From an uncultured Eubacteriales bacterium (lineage in GTDB: Bacteria > Acidobacteriota > Aminicenantia > Aminicenantales > Aminicenantaceae), in assembly GCA_964410125.1 (NCBI GenBank), contig CAYPGQ010000012.1, forward strand, positions 69-64,068: a DNA stretch of 64,000 nt. The letters run 5' to 3'. Positions 1 to 9,112 of this stretch are shown here, one piece after another. Under the pieces are notes generated by a model, which saw only the letters and a list, made by a program, of their open reading frames with translations, was not told the origin of the DNA and did no database searches. The position numbers and the translations under genes were made by a program. How positions within the stretch are numbered: the stretch's first letter is position 1; each line of letters opens with the position of its first letter.

Positions 1-594
1 GTAGTAGGGATCGAAGTAGGTGGGGGGTTGCCCGATCTCACAGCCCCCGATATTGATATCGAATCCCTGCTTGTCCGGATACCACCAACGGTGTCCCAGA
101 TGCCATTTTCCGATGTGGCAGGTGGCGTATTCGGCGGGCTGCAGCATTTCGGCTATTGTGATCTCACCAATTTCCATCCAGTAAGGATTTAGAGGGCAGA
201 GGAGTGGGCGGTCTTTGGTCTTCACGTATTCGACCGGGTTTTTTCCGGTTCCGATGGCTGTGTGGGCTTTGCGGTCGAGATGGTGGATCCAGTCGGTTAT
301 TCCGATTCTGGCCGGATAACGTCCTGTCATGATTGAAGCGCGCGTCGGTGAACACACGGCACAGGAAGCATACCCATTGGTGAATTTCATCCCTTGGGCA
401 GCCAGCTTGTCGATATTCGGCGTCTCATAATACCTGCTCCCATAACATGATAAATCCATCCAACCCAGGTCATCCACATTGATAAGGATGATGTTGGTTT
501 TTTGTTGACTTAGAGGATGGGCTTTCCCTTGCCAAAAGGACGAATTAGAGGAAAAAATAATTCCGAGGGATTTTAAAAAATCACGGCGGTTCAT
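1..594 (-). CDS. Sulfatase family protein (formylglycine-dependent); C-terminal part lies outside the window
   Basis: Absent from the ORF track because it runs off the window. Manual reverse-complement translation from ATG at 594 gives MNRRDFLKSLGIIFSS...NIILINVDDLGWMDLSCYGSRYYETPNIDKLAAQGMKFTNGYASCAVCSPTRASIMTGRYP. This shows the sulfatase N-terminal DD metal motif and the C-x-P-x-R formylglycine signature. It stays in frame to position 1 and is a paralog of the adjacent gene. Confidence 0.85.
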   Translation of the reverse strand, partial: MNRRDFLKSLGIIFSSNSSFWQGKAHPLSQQKTNIILINVDDLGWMDLSCYGSRYYETPNIDKLAAQGMKFTNGYASCAVCSPTRASIMTGRYPARIGITDWIHHLDRKAHTAIGTGKNPVEYVKTKDRPLLCPLNPYWMEIGEITIAEMLQPAEYATCHIGKWHLGHRWWYPDKQGFDINIGGCEIGQPPTYFDPYY

Positions 595-607
595 TTTTAG
601 CGTTTCC

Positions 608-2113
608 CTATTTTTTATTTTTGATCAATGGGAACAATTCCGATTCTGTCCGGGCAGTTTGCAGGATCTCCTCGATCTTGGCGACGATTTCTGGATGTTT
701 GAGGGCCAAATCGGCCTGTTCCCCGATGTCATCCTCAAGATTGTATAATTCGATGTTTTCTTCGAATCCAGGTCGATAGGCCTTCCAATTGCCCATGCGG
801 ACCGCTTGTTTTCCGTTGTATTCCCAGTACAGGTACTCGTGTTTTTTTTGTTTTTTGTCGTGGCCCAGAAAAGAGGGAAGAAAAGAAATGCCATCGATAT
901 TGTCCTGTGGATCGCAGCCCACGATGTCTGTGATGGTAGGCAGAACATCCCAAAAGGCCGATATGTGATCGGTTTTGCTTCCCGGCTGTATTTTTCCGGG
1001 CCAACGGGCAATCATCGGAACGCGGATGCCTCCTTCATACAACATGGTCTTGAGCCCTCGTAAAGGACCGGCGCTTTCGAAAAAGGCAGAGTCAGTCCCG
1101 CCATTAAAGGTCGGGCCGTTGTCGCTCGAAAACATCACCAAGGTGTTTTCGGCAAGGCCCAGTTCTTCCAGCAGCGCCAATATTTTGCCGATTTCCCTGT
1201 CCATCCGGGTTATCATCGCGGCGAATGCGGCTCTGGGTGTGGGGTGGGGGGTGTATCCCAAGTCCCCCAAATAAGGTGTTTCGGGGAAAGCTCCCTCATA
1301 TTCTTTCAGAGAATCTTCCGGGACCTGAATCGAGACATGTGGCACCGGAAACGGCAGATAAAGGAAAAAAGGGCCGGTTTTATTTTTTTTGATAAAGGTT
1401 AAGGCTTCTGCCACCATCTTGTCCATCGAGTAGGTCTGGCCTTTGTAATCTTCGTAGGAAGCTTTGTCGAGGGGATCTTTGTCTGTGGGAAACTTCTGAT
1501 GGGGAAAGAAGTATTTGTTTCCTTCGAGAAGGTCTTTTTCTTTGTTTTTCCATAAATGCGTGGGGTAGTAGTTATGGGCCAAACGCTGGCAGAGATAACC
1601 GTACCAAAAATCGAAGCCTTGCTGATTGGGTTCCCCGACATTTGCCGGACCTCCCAATCCCCATTTGCCTATAGCTCCGGTTGTATATCCTTTTTTCTGA
1701 AGGAGGGTGCCGATCGTTGTGGTGTTGGGCAGGAGCGGGCGGTTTCCTTCCAATGATGGGTCGTGCCATACATCTCCACGTTCCGGCATTTCGTCGTTGT
1801 CGCGGATGTAGGCGTGCCCGGTGTGCTTTCCTGTCAGAAGCACACAGCGCGAAGGAGCACATACCGGGCTTCCGGAATAATGTTGTGTGAACTTCATCCC
1901 CTGGGCAGCCAGCGAATCTATATTCGGTGTTTTGATCTTTTTCTGGCCGTAACTTCCAAGCTCGCCATAACCCAAATCATCGGCCAAAATATAGATGATG
2001 TTCGGAGACGGCTGGATTTTTTTGCAGCCCAGATGGACAAACGGAAGGGCAAACGCGGCGGATCCCAGTCCGATGGCCTTCAGAAAATCCCGACGATCCA
2101 TAGAGTTTTTCAT
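608..2113 (-). CDS. Exported sulfatase (arylsulfatase / GalNAc-6-sulfatase-like)
   Basis: 501-aa ORF. It has an RRDFLKAIGLGSAAFA Tat-like signal, the IIYILADDLGYGELGSYG metal motif and SPVCAPSRCVLLTGK (C-x-P-x-R). A 13-nt gap separates it from the upstream paralog. Confidence 0.9.
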   Translation of the reverse strand: MKNSMDRRDFLKAIGLGSAAFALPFVHLGCKKIQPSPNIIYILADDLGYGELGSYGQKKIKTPNIDSLAAQGMKFTQHYSGSPVCAPSRCVLLTGKHTGHAYIRDNDEMPERGDVWHDPSLEGNRPLLPNTTTIGTLLQKKGYTTGAIGKWGLGGPANVGEPNQQGFDFWYGYLCQRLAHNYYPTHLWKNKEKDLLEGNKYFFPHQKFPTDKDPLDKASYEDYKGQTYSMDKMVAEALTFIKKNKTGPFFLYLPFPVPHVSIQVPEDSLKEYEGAFPETPYLGDLGYTPHPTPRAAFAAMITRMDREIGKILALLEELGLAENTLVMFSSDNGPTFNGGTDSAFFESAGPLRGLKTMLYEGGIRVPMIARWPGKIQPGSKTDHISAFWDVLPTITDIVGCDPQDNIDGISFLPSFLGHDKKQKKHEYLYWEYNGKQAVRMGNWKAYRPGFEENIELYNLEDDIGEQADLALKHPEIVAKIEEILQTARTESELFPLIKNKK

Positions 2114-2291
2114 GAAAATTATGTATCACTGCCAGTCCTGAAAGTCAAATTTTCCAATTTTATATTGATATAATTTAGAAAGACATTTAAAATCTATCCC
2201 TTAACCTGGGTTATTCATGCACGAGCTTAAAATCAAGGGACAAGTTACCAGAAATTGGAGACATGTACCGATTTGTTTTAAAATAAGTAAA

Positions 2292-2332
2292 GTGTCCCCA
2301 ATTTCTAAATAGGTAAGGTGTCCCCAATTTCT
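2292..2332 (+). repeat. Two direct copies of the palindromic-element terminus in a divergent promoter region
   Basis: GTGTCCCCAATTTCT occurs at 2292-2306 and 2318-2332. The intervening CCAATTTCTAAATAGG matches the reverse complement of the central CTTATTTAGAAATAGG of copy A in 14 of 16 positions. The second copy ends 6 nt before ATG 2339. Confidence 0.75.
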
Positions 2333-2338
2333 GGGAAA

Positions 2339-4105
2339 ATGAAAAAAGGATCGAGACGAAGATTCCTGAAGAACGCAGCAGCGTTGGGAGCCGGTGCTGC
2401 TGCTTATCCTTCCCGCCTTTTTTCATCCCTAAGGCTCAGCCAAGGTGGTAATCTTCAAGATCGCCTTTTCCATTCGGAATATCCTTTCGGTTACGATTCC
2501 AATTACTTTGAGGCTGCGGAGAAGATTTTTTTTGGAGAATACCACAAAGCATTTATCAATCTTTTTATCAAACCGGACCGCCCTCTTGATATCAAGGTGT
2601 ACACATCCGACACAAAGGATGGACTTTTCAAAGCGCAACCTTTGAGCCTAACAGGAGTCAGCAACAACGTTGATATTGCTATAGATCATATCTATTCTCC
2701 AGAATTGCACTACAGGGTGGAATACAGGGAAGGAAAATCCTGGAAGTCGCTTGAAGCAAGATCTACGAAAACTCCGAATGTCTCTCTGGAGGCGGGAGAC
2801 AAGATCAGGGTTATCTTGAAAGGGGATGACCACGTATATGCTGACTTGAAGCACGATCCGGAAGACTCCGAATGGCGAAAAGATGTGTTACGCGGGGATT
2901 ACATCAGCAAAATGCTGAAGGAAATAATCGCGAATCCTGATTATCGGCCTGATGTGCCGATGCATAAAGTCGTGTATGGATTTTCGCTGGCCCATACCCT
3001 GAAGTACATCCTGGATAGCAAGCCGGATTTTATCATAGACCTTGGAGACACAGTGGGGCAGGATTCCTATCCGATTTGGGGAGCAGAGGGAAAATGGGAG
3101 GAGCTTTTGCCCAAGGATGCCTTGAACAAGCAGTCCAAAATCCTTTGGGAAAGGAAAAGACGCACCTTAAGTGCCATTACGCCTGAAATTCCCTATTATC
3201 AAATCTTGGGGAACCATGATGGAGAGGTCAATTGGTCTACAGATACCCAGCCCTATACACTCCCTTATGCTAAGGCCCATAGAAAGAGGATCTTTAGACA
3301 ACCTGAGTCCCTTAAAATGATGGAAAGAGTGAGATTGATGTCCGGCCTGAATAACGGTCGATATTCAAATGATGACTGGCTATTTAAAAATGCAGACCAG
3401 AACTATTTTCCGATATTATGGGGTGATGGGGACATTCGATTCTATCTTCTCGATGTCAATTCCTACCTTCTGAAAAAGCCTAAAACCATCTATGATTGGA
3501 CATTGGGTCCTAAACAAAAAGATCTGGTAGAATCTATGCTGTATGATGGGCATAGTTCCCCCTGGAAGTTTATCTGTTTTCATAATGTTCTGGGCGGCTA
3601 TCCTTTAGGTTCTCAAAAAGTCGTAGGGGCCTACGGGAGAGGTCCACTCTTCACCCGTGAAGATTATCAGAAAATCCATGAGATTGACCCAACCTTAAAT
3701 ATTGACCTTGACAGGGTGGAGCAAATTTGGCTTACAGAAAGGGCACAAGAAACCGAGGTGAGGGGATTTATATACGCGCATGATCACATATTTTTTGCCA
3801 GGAACATCGGCCAGACAAAATCAGGGAAAAAAATGATGGGTGTGTGTGCCGGTGCCACAACCTATTCTGGCTCGAGAGTGTATGATAATATTTGGAGTAA
3901 TCCCTACTGGGTAGCCTATTACGGAGATTTATACGAGCAACCTCCAACATTCCTTACACCTCCTGGGATTACTGTAATGGATATTGAAAAGAGCGGTGCG
4001 ACCATCAAATATGTGTGCACGGCTCCGCCGGAGATCATGTTTGCCAATATGCCGGAAGGGACAAAGCCGGGGGATGTCTTGAGAGAATACTGGATTCCAA
4101 GATAA
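2339..4105 (+). CDS. Exported metallophosphoesterase (calcineurin-like)
   Basis: The ORF track starts at GTG 2318. ATG 2339 gives MKKGSRRRFLKNAAALGAGAAA, a twin-arginine signal. Phosphoesterase motifs are DLGDTVGQD, ILGNHDGE, FHNVLGG and YAHDHIF. Confidence 0.8.
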   Translation: MKKGSRRRFLKNAAALGAGAAAYPSRLFSSLRLSQGGNLQDRLFHSEYPFGYDSNYFEAAEKIFFGEYHKAFINLFIKPDRPLDIKVYTSDTKDGLFKAQPLSLTGVSNNVDIAIDHIYSPELHYRVEYREGKSWKSLEARSTKTPNVSLEAGDKIRVILKGDDHVYADLKHDPEDSEWRKDVLRGDYISKMLKEIIANPDYRPDVPMHKVVYGFSLAHTLKYILDSKPDFIIDLGDTVGQDSYPIWGAEGKWEELLPKDALNKQSKILWERKRRTLSAITPEIPYYQILGNHDGEVNWSTDTQPYTLPYAKAHRKRIFRQPESLKMMERVRLMSGLNNGRYSNDDWLFKNADQNYFPILWGDGDIRFYLLDVNSYLLKKPKTIYDWTLGPKQKDLVESMLYDGHSSPWKFICFHNVLGGYPLGSQKVVGAYGRGPLFTREDYQKIHEIDPTLNIDLDRVEQIWLTERAQETEVRGFIYAHDHIFFARNIGQTKSGKKMMGVCAGATTYSGSRVYDNIWSNPYWVAYYGDLYEQPPTFLTPPGITVMDIEKSGATIKYVCTAPPEIMFANMPEGTKPGDVLREYWIPR

Positions 4106-4115
4106 AGGCAAAAAG

Positions 4116-6059
4116 ATGAAGATGACGAAGAATACAGGGATCAACCTGCTTGTCCTTTTGTTTTTTATCCTCCTGTCCATCATTATGCTTTGGCCGTTGC
4201 CCCTTCACATGGCCGATGCCTTTGTATCACATGTCGATCCTCTTTTGAACACCTGGATATTCGACTGGGATACATACCAATTGTTCAAGGATCCGTTTCA
4301 TCTTTTTGACGCGAACATATTTTTCCCGCTCAAAAACACGCTCGCTTTCTCAGAACACATGATCGTTCTCAGCCTGATCGCCTTCCCTGTCAGCCTGGTG
4401 TCGGGGAATCCGATTCTGGGGTATAATTTTGTTCAGCTGCTTGCCTATCTTTTATGTGGATTTGCCGTCTATCTGCTCGTCTATCACCTGACAAAAAGCA
4501 GGATCGCCGGGATCGTCGCCGGTATCATATTTGCTTTCAGTCCTTATCGTTTTCGGCAAATCGGACACATTCAAAACATAATGGTTTTTTGGACGCCTCT
4601 GAGCCTGCTCTACCTTCATAAAGCCATAAAAAAGCCATCCTGGAAATATGTGCTGTTGTTTGCGCTTTTTTTTGTTTTGCAAGCGCTATCCTGTGGGTAT
4701 TTAGGCGTTTTTTTGGCTATTGCTGTCGGGATATTTGTGCTCTATTATCTGATATTTATGCCCCGTGCCAATATAGCCCCCTTTTTCAAGAAACTGGTGA
4801 TTTCGGCCATACTCTCCGGTCTGATCATTGCCCCGTTTCTCGTTCCTTATCTTCAGGTCAAAAAAGAACACCGGTTCGCAAGGACGGTGGGAAGCAATAT
4901 TCAGTTTTCTGCCAACATTCTGGGATATGCCACGATTTCCCGTTTCAACAAAAATGTGTTTTACGAAGCCCAGTCTGTTGAAAACAGAATTGCGATAAAC
5001 ATGACGGATCGTGGGAAGCTTCGGCCTAAGGGAAGGGGGCTTTTCCCGGGAATAATGACGATTATGCTGGCCACGATGGCTTTTCTGTTTCCTCCGTATG
5101 CATCGAGATTCCCCAGCAGAATCCGCACTGCCGAAAAGACGGTGAATTCTCTGCTGCTGTTTGTTGTGGGAGTTGCGGGGATCATCATATTGAACAGGGG
5201 CTTGGTATTTTCTATTGCCGGGATAAAAATAAGCCTCATGCATCTGACAAATCCACTCTACCTGATCATATTTTTGTTCATTGCCAAGTTGGTACTCAGC
5301 CGGTTCACCCTCTGCAACTTCGACGATGAAAAAAACTCCACTGCCATTCACCAAAACTTTTATCTTTTTCTTGGCGTTTTTACCTGCATTCTCACTTTCG
5401 GTCCAAAAGTTTTCTATATCACCCATGATTTTGGCACCGGGCCTTACATGATTCTTTATAAAAACATCGTGTTATTCAAAGGGATCAGGGTTCCGGAAAG
5501 ATTCGGGATTTTTGTCATGTTGGCGCTAAGCGTCCTTGCTGGATACGGAGCAGCCAAAGTTCTGGCGATGATCAAATTAAGAGGGAAGGTTATCCTTTCC
5601 TGTTTCATCCTTGCCTTTTTGGTTTATGAATTTATCTGTGTGCCGTTCCCTTATGAAAAAATATCCCGGGAGCCGGCAGAGGTTTATAAATGGCTTGCTT
5701 CTTCAAAGGAAGAGTTCGCGATTTTGGAGTTTCCTTTGATAAAGCTTCAGACCAATAAATATTATATGTACTGGTCGATCCTTCACCGGAAAAACCTGGC
5801 CAACGGATCGTCCGGATTTAATCCCCCGATTTTTAATCAATTGAGAAAAATAGCACACGAAAGGGGGCCTTTTCCTCATCGAGAGTTCATCCAGTATGTG
5901 AAGACACAAGTCCCGGTGAAATATCTTATTCTCCACTTACAGAGTTTTTCTGATACGGATAAGGAAGAAATCCTCAAGAATGCTTCCCAATTTCCCGAGG
6001 ATTTGAAATTGGTCGAAGTTTTTAAGCAGGATGATTATGTTTACGAGGTTATATATTGA
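4116..6059 (+). CDS. Large polytopic membrane protein, function unknown (possibly GT-C-like glycosyltransferase fold)
   Basis: 647-aa ORF starting 10 nt after the previous stop. It has many hydrophobic segments throughout and no diagnostic motif that I recognise. The functional guess rests only on size and topology. Confidence 0.7.
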   Translation: MKMTKNTGINLLVLLFFILLSIIMLWPLPLHMADAFVSHVDPLLNTWIFDWDTYQLFKDPFHLFDANIFFPLKNTLAFSEHMIVLSLIAFPVSLVSGNPILGYNFVQLLAYLLCGFAVYLLVYHLTKSRIAGIVAGIIFAFSPYRFRQIGHIQNIMVFWTPLSLLYLHKAIKKPSWKYVLLFALFFVLQALSCGYLGVFLAIAVGIFVLYYLIFMPRANIAPFFKKLVISAILSGLIIAPFLVPYLQVKKEHRFARTVGSNIQFSANILGYATISRFNKNVFYEAQSVENRIAINMTDRGKLRPKGRGLFPGIMTIMLATMAFLFPPYASRFPSRIRTAEKTVNSLLLFVVGVAGIIILNRGLVFSIAGIKISLMHLTNPLYLIIFLFIAKLVLSRFTLCNFDDEKNSTAIHQNFYLFLGVFTCILTFGPKVFYITHDFGTGPYMILYKNIVLFKGIRVPERFGIFVMLALSVLAGYGAAKVLAMIKLRGKVILSCFILAFLVYEFICVPFPYEKISREPAEVYKWLASSKEEFAILEFPLIKLQTNKYYMYWSILHRKNLANGSSGFNPPIFNQLRKIAHERGPFPHREFIQYVKTQVPVKYLILHLQSFSDTDKEEILKNASQFPEDLKLVEVFKQDDYVYEVIY

Positions 6060-6105
6060 CTCTGTTAGATGATAATTGTTAACCTGGATTGAGATTGAGA
6101 TAGAC

Positions 6106-7983
6106 ATGGCATACTTAGTCCTCCAACTCAAAGATTTCGAAGTTAAAAGTTATAAAATCAGCAAAAAGGTCATAAAGATTGGCAGAAAGCCCTCCAACGA
6201 TGTCTCCTTATCCGATCCTTTTGTGTCCCGGGATCATGCAGAGATTAAGGCGCTCGAAGACGGTGGTTATGAGATGCGGGATTTGGGGGGAGAGAATCCT
6301 GTCAAAGTCAACGGGAGGATCATCTCCCAGCACAGGTTGCGGGATGGTGACAAACTGACCATGGGCCAATCGCTTTTGATTTTCAAGACAGATCCACCAG
6401 TCGCCAGTGCCAGCGTTGCGATGCTTGCCGCCGAAGACTTGTCTGAAAAAGCGGTGGAAATCGCCTCTCTTGATGCCAAAAAAACCATACCTTTTTCTCT
6501 GGATAAAATGGATACAAAAGATGTTGCCTCACTTCAAAGGGATCATCAGAGACTCATGCTCCTGTATGATTTTGGCAAGGCGGTCAATGCTCATCTCGAA
6601 GATCAAGATGAAATGTTGAATGAGATCATGAATGCGGCCTTGAAGACGCTGGAAGCGGAGAGAGGATTCATCGCTCTTGTAGATGAGAATACCGGGGAAC
6701 TGGCCTGTGAACTCGTTCGGAGCGAAACGGGAAGTGAATTGTCAGAAAAATTGGAAGTGAGCCGTACTATTGTCCACAAGGTTTTGAACGAAGGGGTTTC
6801 TATTATGACGGTCAATGCCCAGGAGGATACACAATTCGAGAAAGCCAAGAGTATCCGACAGTACAACATCCGGTCGGCTATGTGTGCCCCTCTGCTTTTT
6901 CGAGATGAGATTCTGGGCGTCGTCTATCTGGACAATCGGGGCTCGGTAGGAAGTTTTTCCCAAGACGACCAGATGTTCCTGATTGCGCTCTGTCACCAGG
7001 CGGGAGTTGCATTGGGAAATGCACGCCTCCACAGGCGCGTGGTCCAGGAGAATGTTTGGCTGGAAAACACCCTGAAGCCCAAGTTTCAGATCCTGGGCGA
7101 AGCCGAGAAGATGAAGAGGGTGTTCGATATCATAAAAAAAGTTGCCCCCACAAATATTACAGTGCTTGTTCAGGGAGAGACCGGGACAGGAAAGGAATTG
7201 GTGGCCAAAGCCATTCACACCCTCTCTCCACGCAGAGAGTTTGCGTTTGTTCCAGTCAATTGTGCGGCCATACCCAAGGAGTTGATCGAGAGTGAGTTGT
7301 TCGGTCATGAGAAGGGTGCCTTCACCGGTGCCACCAGCGCGCGCGAAGGAAAGTTCCAGTCGGCCCATGGCGGCACCATATTCCTCGATGAGATCGGGGA
7401 CATGAGTTTGGATTTGCAAGCAAAGGTTTTGCGAATCTTGGAGGATAGAGAACTTCAGAGAGTAGGAGGGAACAAGTCCATTCCGGTCGATGTCCGCATC
7501 ATTGCTGCTACAAACAAGGATCTGGCAAAAGCCGTGGAGGAGGGGACTTTTAGGGAGGATTTGTTTTATCGGTTGAATGTTGTGGCCGTGAATCTGCCTC
7601 TTCTTAAAGAAAGAAAAAAGGATATCATACCGTTGGCTGAATATTTCATTGCAGGAAGGGTGAAAAAAATATCCTCCAAAGCAAAGCGGCTGATGGAATC
7701 TTATGATTGGCCGGGCAATGTCAGAGAGTTGAGGAATTGTGTGGACAGGGCCGTTGTTTTGGGTGACGGGAAGGTCATTCAACCGGAAGACTTGCCCTAT
7801 ACTTTTCGAAAAGGAGGCCAGGTCATTCCTGCTCCTCTAGAAAGACTCGATCATATGGAGGAAGACCATATCGTGCGAGTGTTGAGGTACACAAACTGGA
7901 ATAAGAGCGATGCCGCCAGAATTCTTGGGATCACGCGGCAGACACTGGACAATAAAATCAAACGATACGCCATAAAAAAGTAG
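6106..7983 (+). CDS. Sigma-54-dependent transcriptional activator with FHA-GAF-AAA+-HTH architecture
   Basis: The track start is TTG 6076; ATG 6106 (MAYLVLQL) is more plausible. It has the FHA-like segment [24 protein letters not shown] and a central GAF-like region. AAA+ motifs are Walker [24 protein letters not shown] (intact GAFTGA loop) and Walker [11 protein letters not shown] Fis-type HTH ([19 protein letters not shown]) closes the protein. Confidence 0.92.
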   Translation: MAYLVLQLKDFEVKSYKISKKVIKIGRKPSNDVSLSDPFVSRDHAEIKALEDGGYEMRDLGGENPVKVNGRIISQHRLRDGDKLTMGQSLLIFKTDPPVASASVAMLAAEDLSEKAVEIASLDAKKTIPFSLDKMDTKDVASLQRDHQRLMLLYDFGKAVNAHLEDQDEMLNEIMNAALKTLEAERGFIALVDENTGELACELVRSETGSELSEKLEVSRTIVHKVLNEGVSIMTVNAQEDTQFEKAKSIRQYNIRSAMCAPLLFRDEILGVVYLDNRGSVGSFSQDDQMFLIALCHQAGVALGNARLHRRVVQENVWLENTLKPKFQILGEAEKMKRVFDIIKKVAPTNITVLVQGETGTGKELVAKAIHTLSPRREFAFVPVNCAAIPKELIESELFGHEKGAFTGATSAREGKFQSAHGGTIFLDEIGDMSLDLQAKVLRILEDRELQRVGGNKSIPVDVRIIAATNKDLAKAVEEGTFREDLFYRLNVVAVNLPLLKERKKDIIPLAEYFIAGRVKKISSKAKRLMESYDWPGNVRELRNCVDRAVVLGDGKVIQPEDLPYTFRKGGQVIPAPLERLDHMEEDHIVRVLRYTNWNKSDAARILGITRQTLDNKIKRYAIKK

Positions 7984-7994
7984 GGGACGTCCCC
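7983..7994. repeat. Mini-palindrome GGGGACGTCCCC followed by tandem CCCCAATGG x2 (7991-8009)
   Basis: A perfect 12-nt palindrome overlaps the last base of the activator stop codon. It is followed by ccccaatgga ccccaatggt. It shares its termini (GGGGAC / GTCCCCAAT) with the long palindromic elements. Confidence 0.8.
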
Positions 7995-8157
7995 AATGGA
8001 CCCCAATGGTAAAAAAAATAGACAATATGCCCCCTGATTCACTGAGGGATTTCACGAAAATAGTTCGCTAAAAAAAAATTTAATCCCTTCCGGTTTCCCC
8101 ATATAACTCACTTTTTTTACGCACTATTCGTCACACGAGATAGAGGAGAGGTACATC

Positions 8158-8173
8158 TGGCACAAAAGCTGCA
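8158..8173 (+). promoter_or_regulatory. Sigma-54 (-24/-12) promoter
   Basis: The sequence is TGGCAC-aaaag-CTGCA. GG sits at 8159-8160 and GC at 8171-8172, with exactly 10 nt between them. This matches the TGGCAC-N5-TTGCW consensus except for one base in the -12 box. It lies about 105 nt upstream of ATG 8277 and directly downstream of the sigma-54 activator gene. Confidence 0.7.
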
Positions 8174-8181
8174 CCATTAGG

Positions 8182-8203
8182 TGTGAATGAGATGAAATTC
8201 ACA
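8182..8203 (+). promoter_or_regulatory. Inverted repeat TGTGAAT-N8-ATTCACA at the predicted transcript start of the sigma-54 promoter
   Basis: Perfect 7-bp arms (8182-8188 and 8197-8203) begin about 10 nt downstream of the -12 element. It could be an operator or a 5'-end hairpin. Confidence 0.4.
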
Positions 8204-8276
8204 TATGCATTAAGATTGACTCGCCTGAAGGGCAAAAAATGCCGATGAACAGTTCAGGATAGAGAGGAGGTATAAA

Positions 8277-8744
8277 ATGGATAAAAAAGTTATTAGTTTT
8301 TTTATAGCTGGTCTAATGATTGCTGGATTTGCGTTTTCCCAAGCAAGCCAGACTTGTGCCATCAGCGGGATCGTCAGAACTCCTGAAGGGGATTCTCTCC
8401 CTGGAATAATCGTCCTCCTTAAGTCTCCCACACTCGATTTGCCGGAGATCGAGGCCGTAACCAATGCATCGGGCATGTACGGATTTCCCTGCCTTTCTCA
8501 GGGCACCTATGAATTGACATTTATTTTCGCAGGATTACAACACGTTGTACAAAGTGGGATTGTTGTTTCGGCTGGGGAATCTATTTCATGGGATATCGAT
8601 TTGCCACTGCGGGCGAAAGATGAAACTGTTGTCGTGGAAGGAGATTTCCCGAAAGAACGCCATCAACGGATTACAATTCCCGAGATCCGCTTAAGTTTGT
8701 ACTGCCGAGGATTATTTACCTTGGTGCTAAGATCGTTTTTTTAA
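8277..8744 (+). CDS. Carboxypeptidase-regulatory-like domain protein; probable truncated paralog of the downstream receptor
   Basis: GAGGAGG RBS at 8264-8270 and a signal peptide. ISGIVRTPEGDSLPGIIVLL...ETVVVEGDFP aligns by eye with the N-terminus of the 9113 gene (IKGAVKDSDGVPLPGVSVTL...EEIVVVGQAP). The ORF then ends after an unrelated 40-aa tail, and no plug or barrel follows. Confidence 0.55.
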   Translation: MDKKVISFFIAGLMIAGFAFSQASQTCAISGIVRTPEGDSLPGIIVLLKSPTLDLPEIEAVTNASGMYGFPCLSQGTYELTFIFAGLQHVVQSGIVVSAGESISWDIDLPLRAKDETVVVEGDFPKERHQRITIPEIRLSLYCRGLFTLVLRSFF

Positions 8745-8768
8745 CCAACCCAATTCTTTACCCTTCTG

Positions 8769-8792
8769 AGGGAGGCTCTCCAGAGTCTCCCT
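8769..8792 (+). terminator. GC-rich hairpin without U-tract (possible attenuator or weak terminator)
   Basis: AGGGAGGCTCT-cc-AGAGTCTCCCT gives an 11-position stem with one G-T pair. It is followed by cctcctgcaaaaatt, so it has no T-run. Confidence 0.3.
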
Positions 8793-9112
8793 CCTCCTGC
8801 AAAAATTGTCAAACCCTCCATTTGTATGAAAATTAGACAAATGATTGCATGGTACCTCTATCCTATCTGTTTTCAATGACTTCCATCAATATTGCCTTGC
8901 TCTCCCTATTCTTTATGCCTAAATATCGAACAAAAGGAAAGGATTTTTTTTTATCCTACTGGGGTGGAAAGCTCATGGCACATTTATTGCTCAAAAGAAA
9001 TCTGAAATCACAGAAAGGAGGTGAGAATCGTCAAACGCAAAACAGCATCAAGGCAGAATGGAGTGAGGATTCGCTCTAGAGAAAAAATTTAAAAGAAGGA
9101 GGCAAGAGAGAA

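Noticed and set aside
164-355. A 63-aa minus-strand ORF near the window start.
   Set aside because: It lies out of frame within the clearly coding partial sulfatase gene (1-594).
2211-2426. A 71-aa minus-strand ORF spanning the divergent promoter region.
   Set aside because: It overlaps the repeat relics and the 5' end of the metallophosphoesterase gene, and it has no RBS or motif.
8849-9079. A 76-aa ORF between the truncated and full receptor genes.
   Set aside because: It has no RBS, its composition is typical of non-coding A/T-rich spacer, and it ends inside the RBS region of the 9113 gene.
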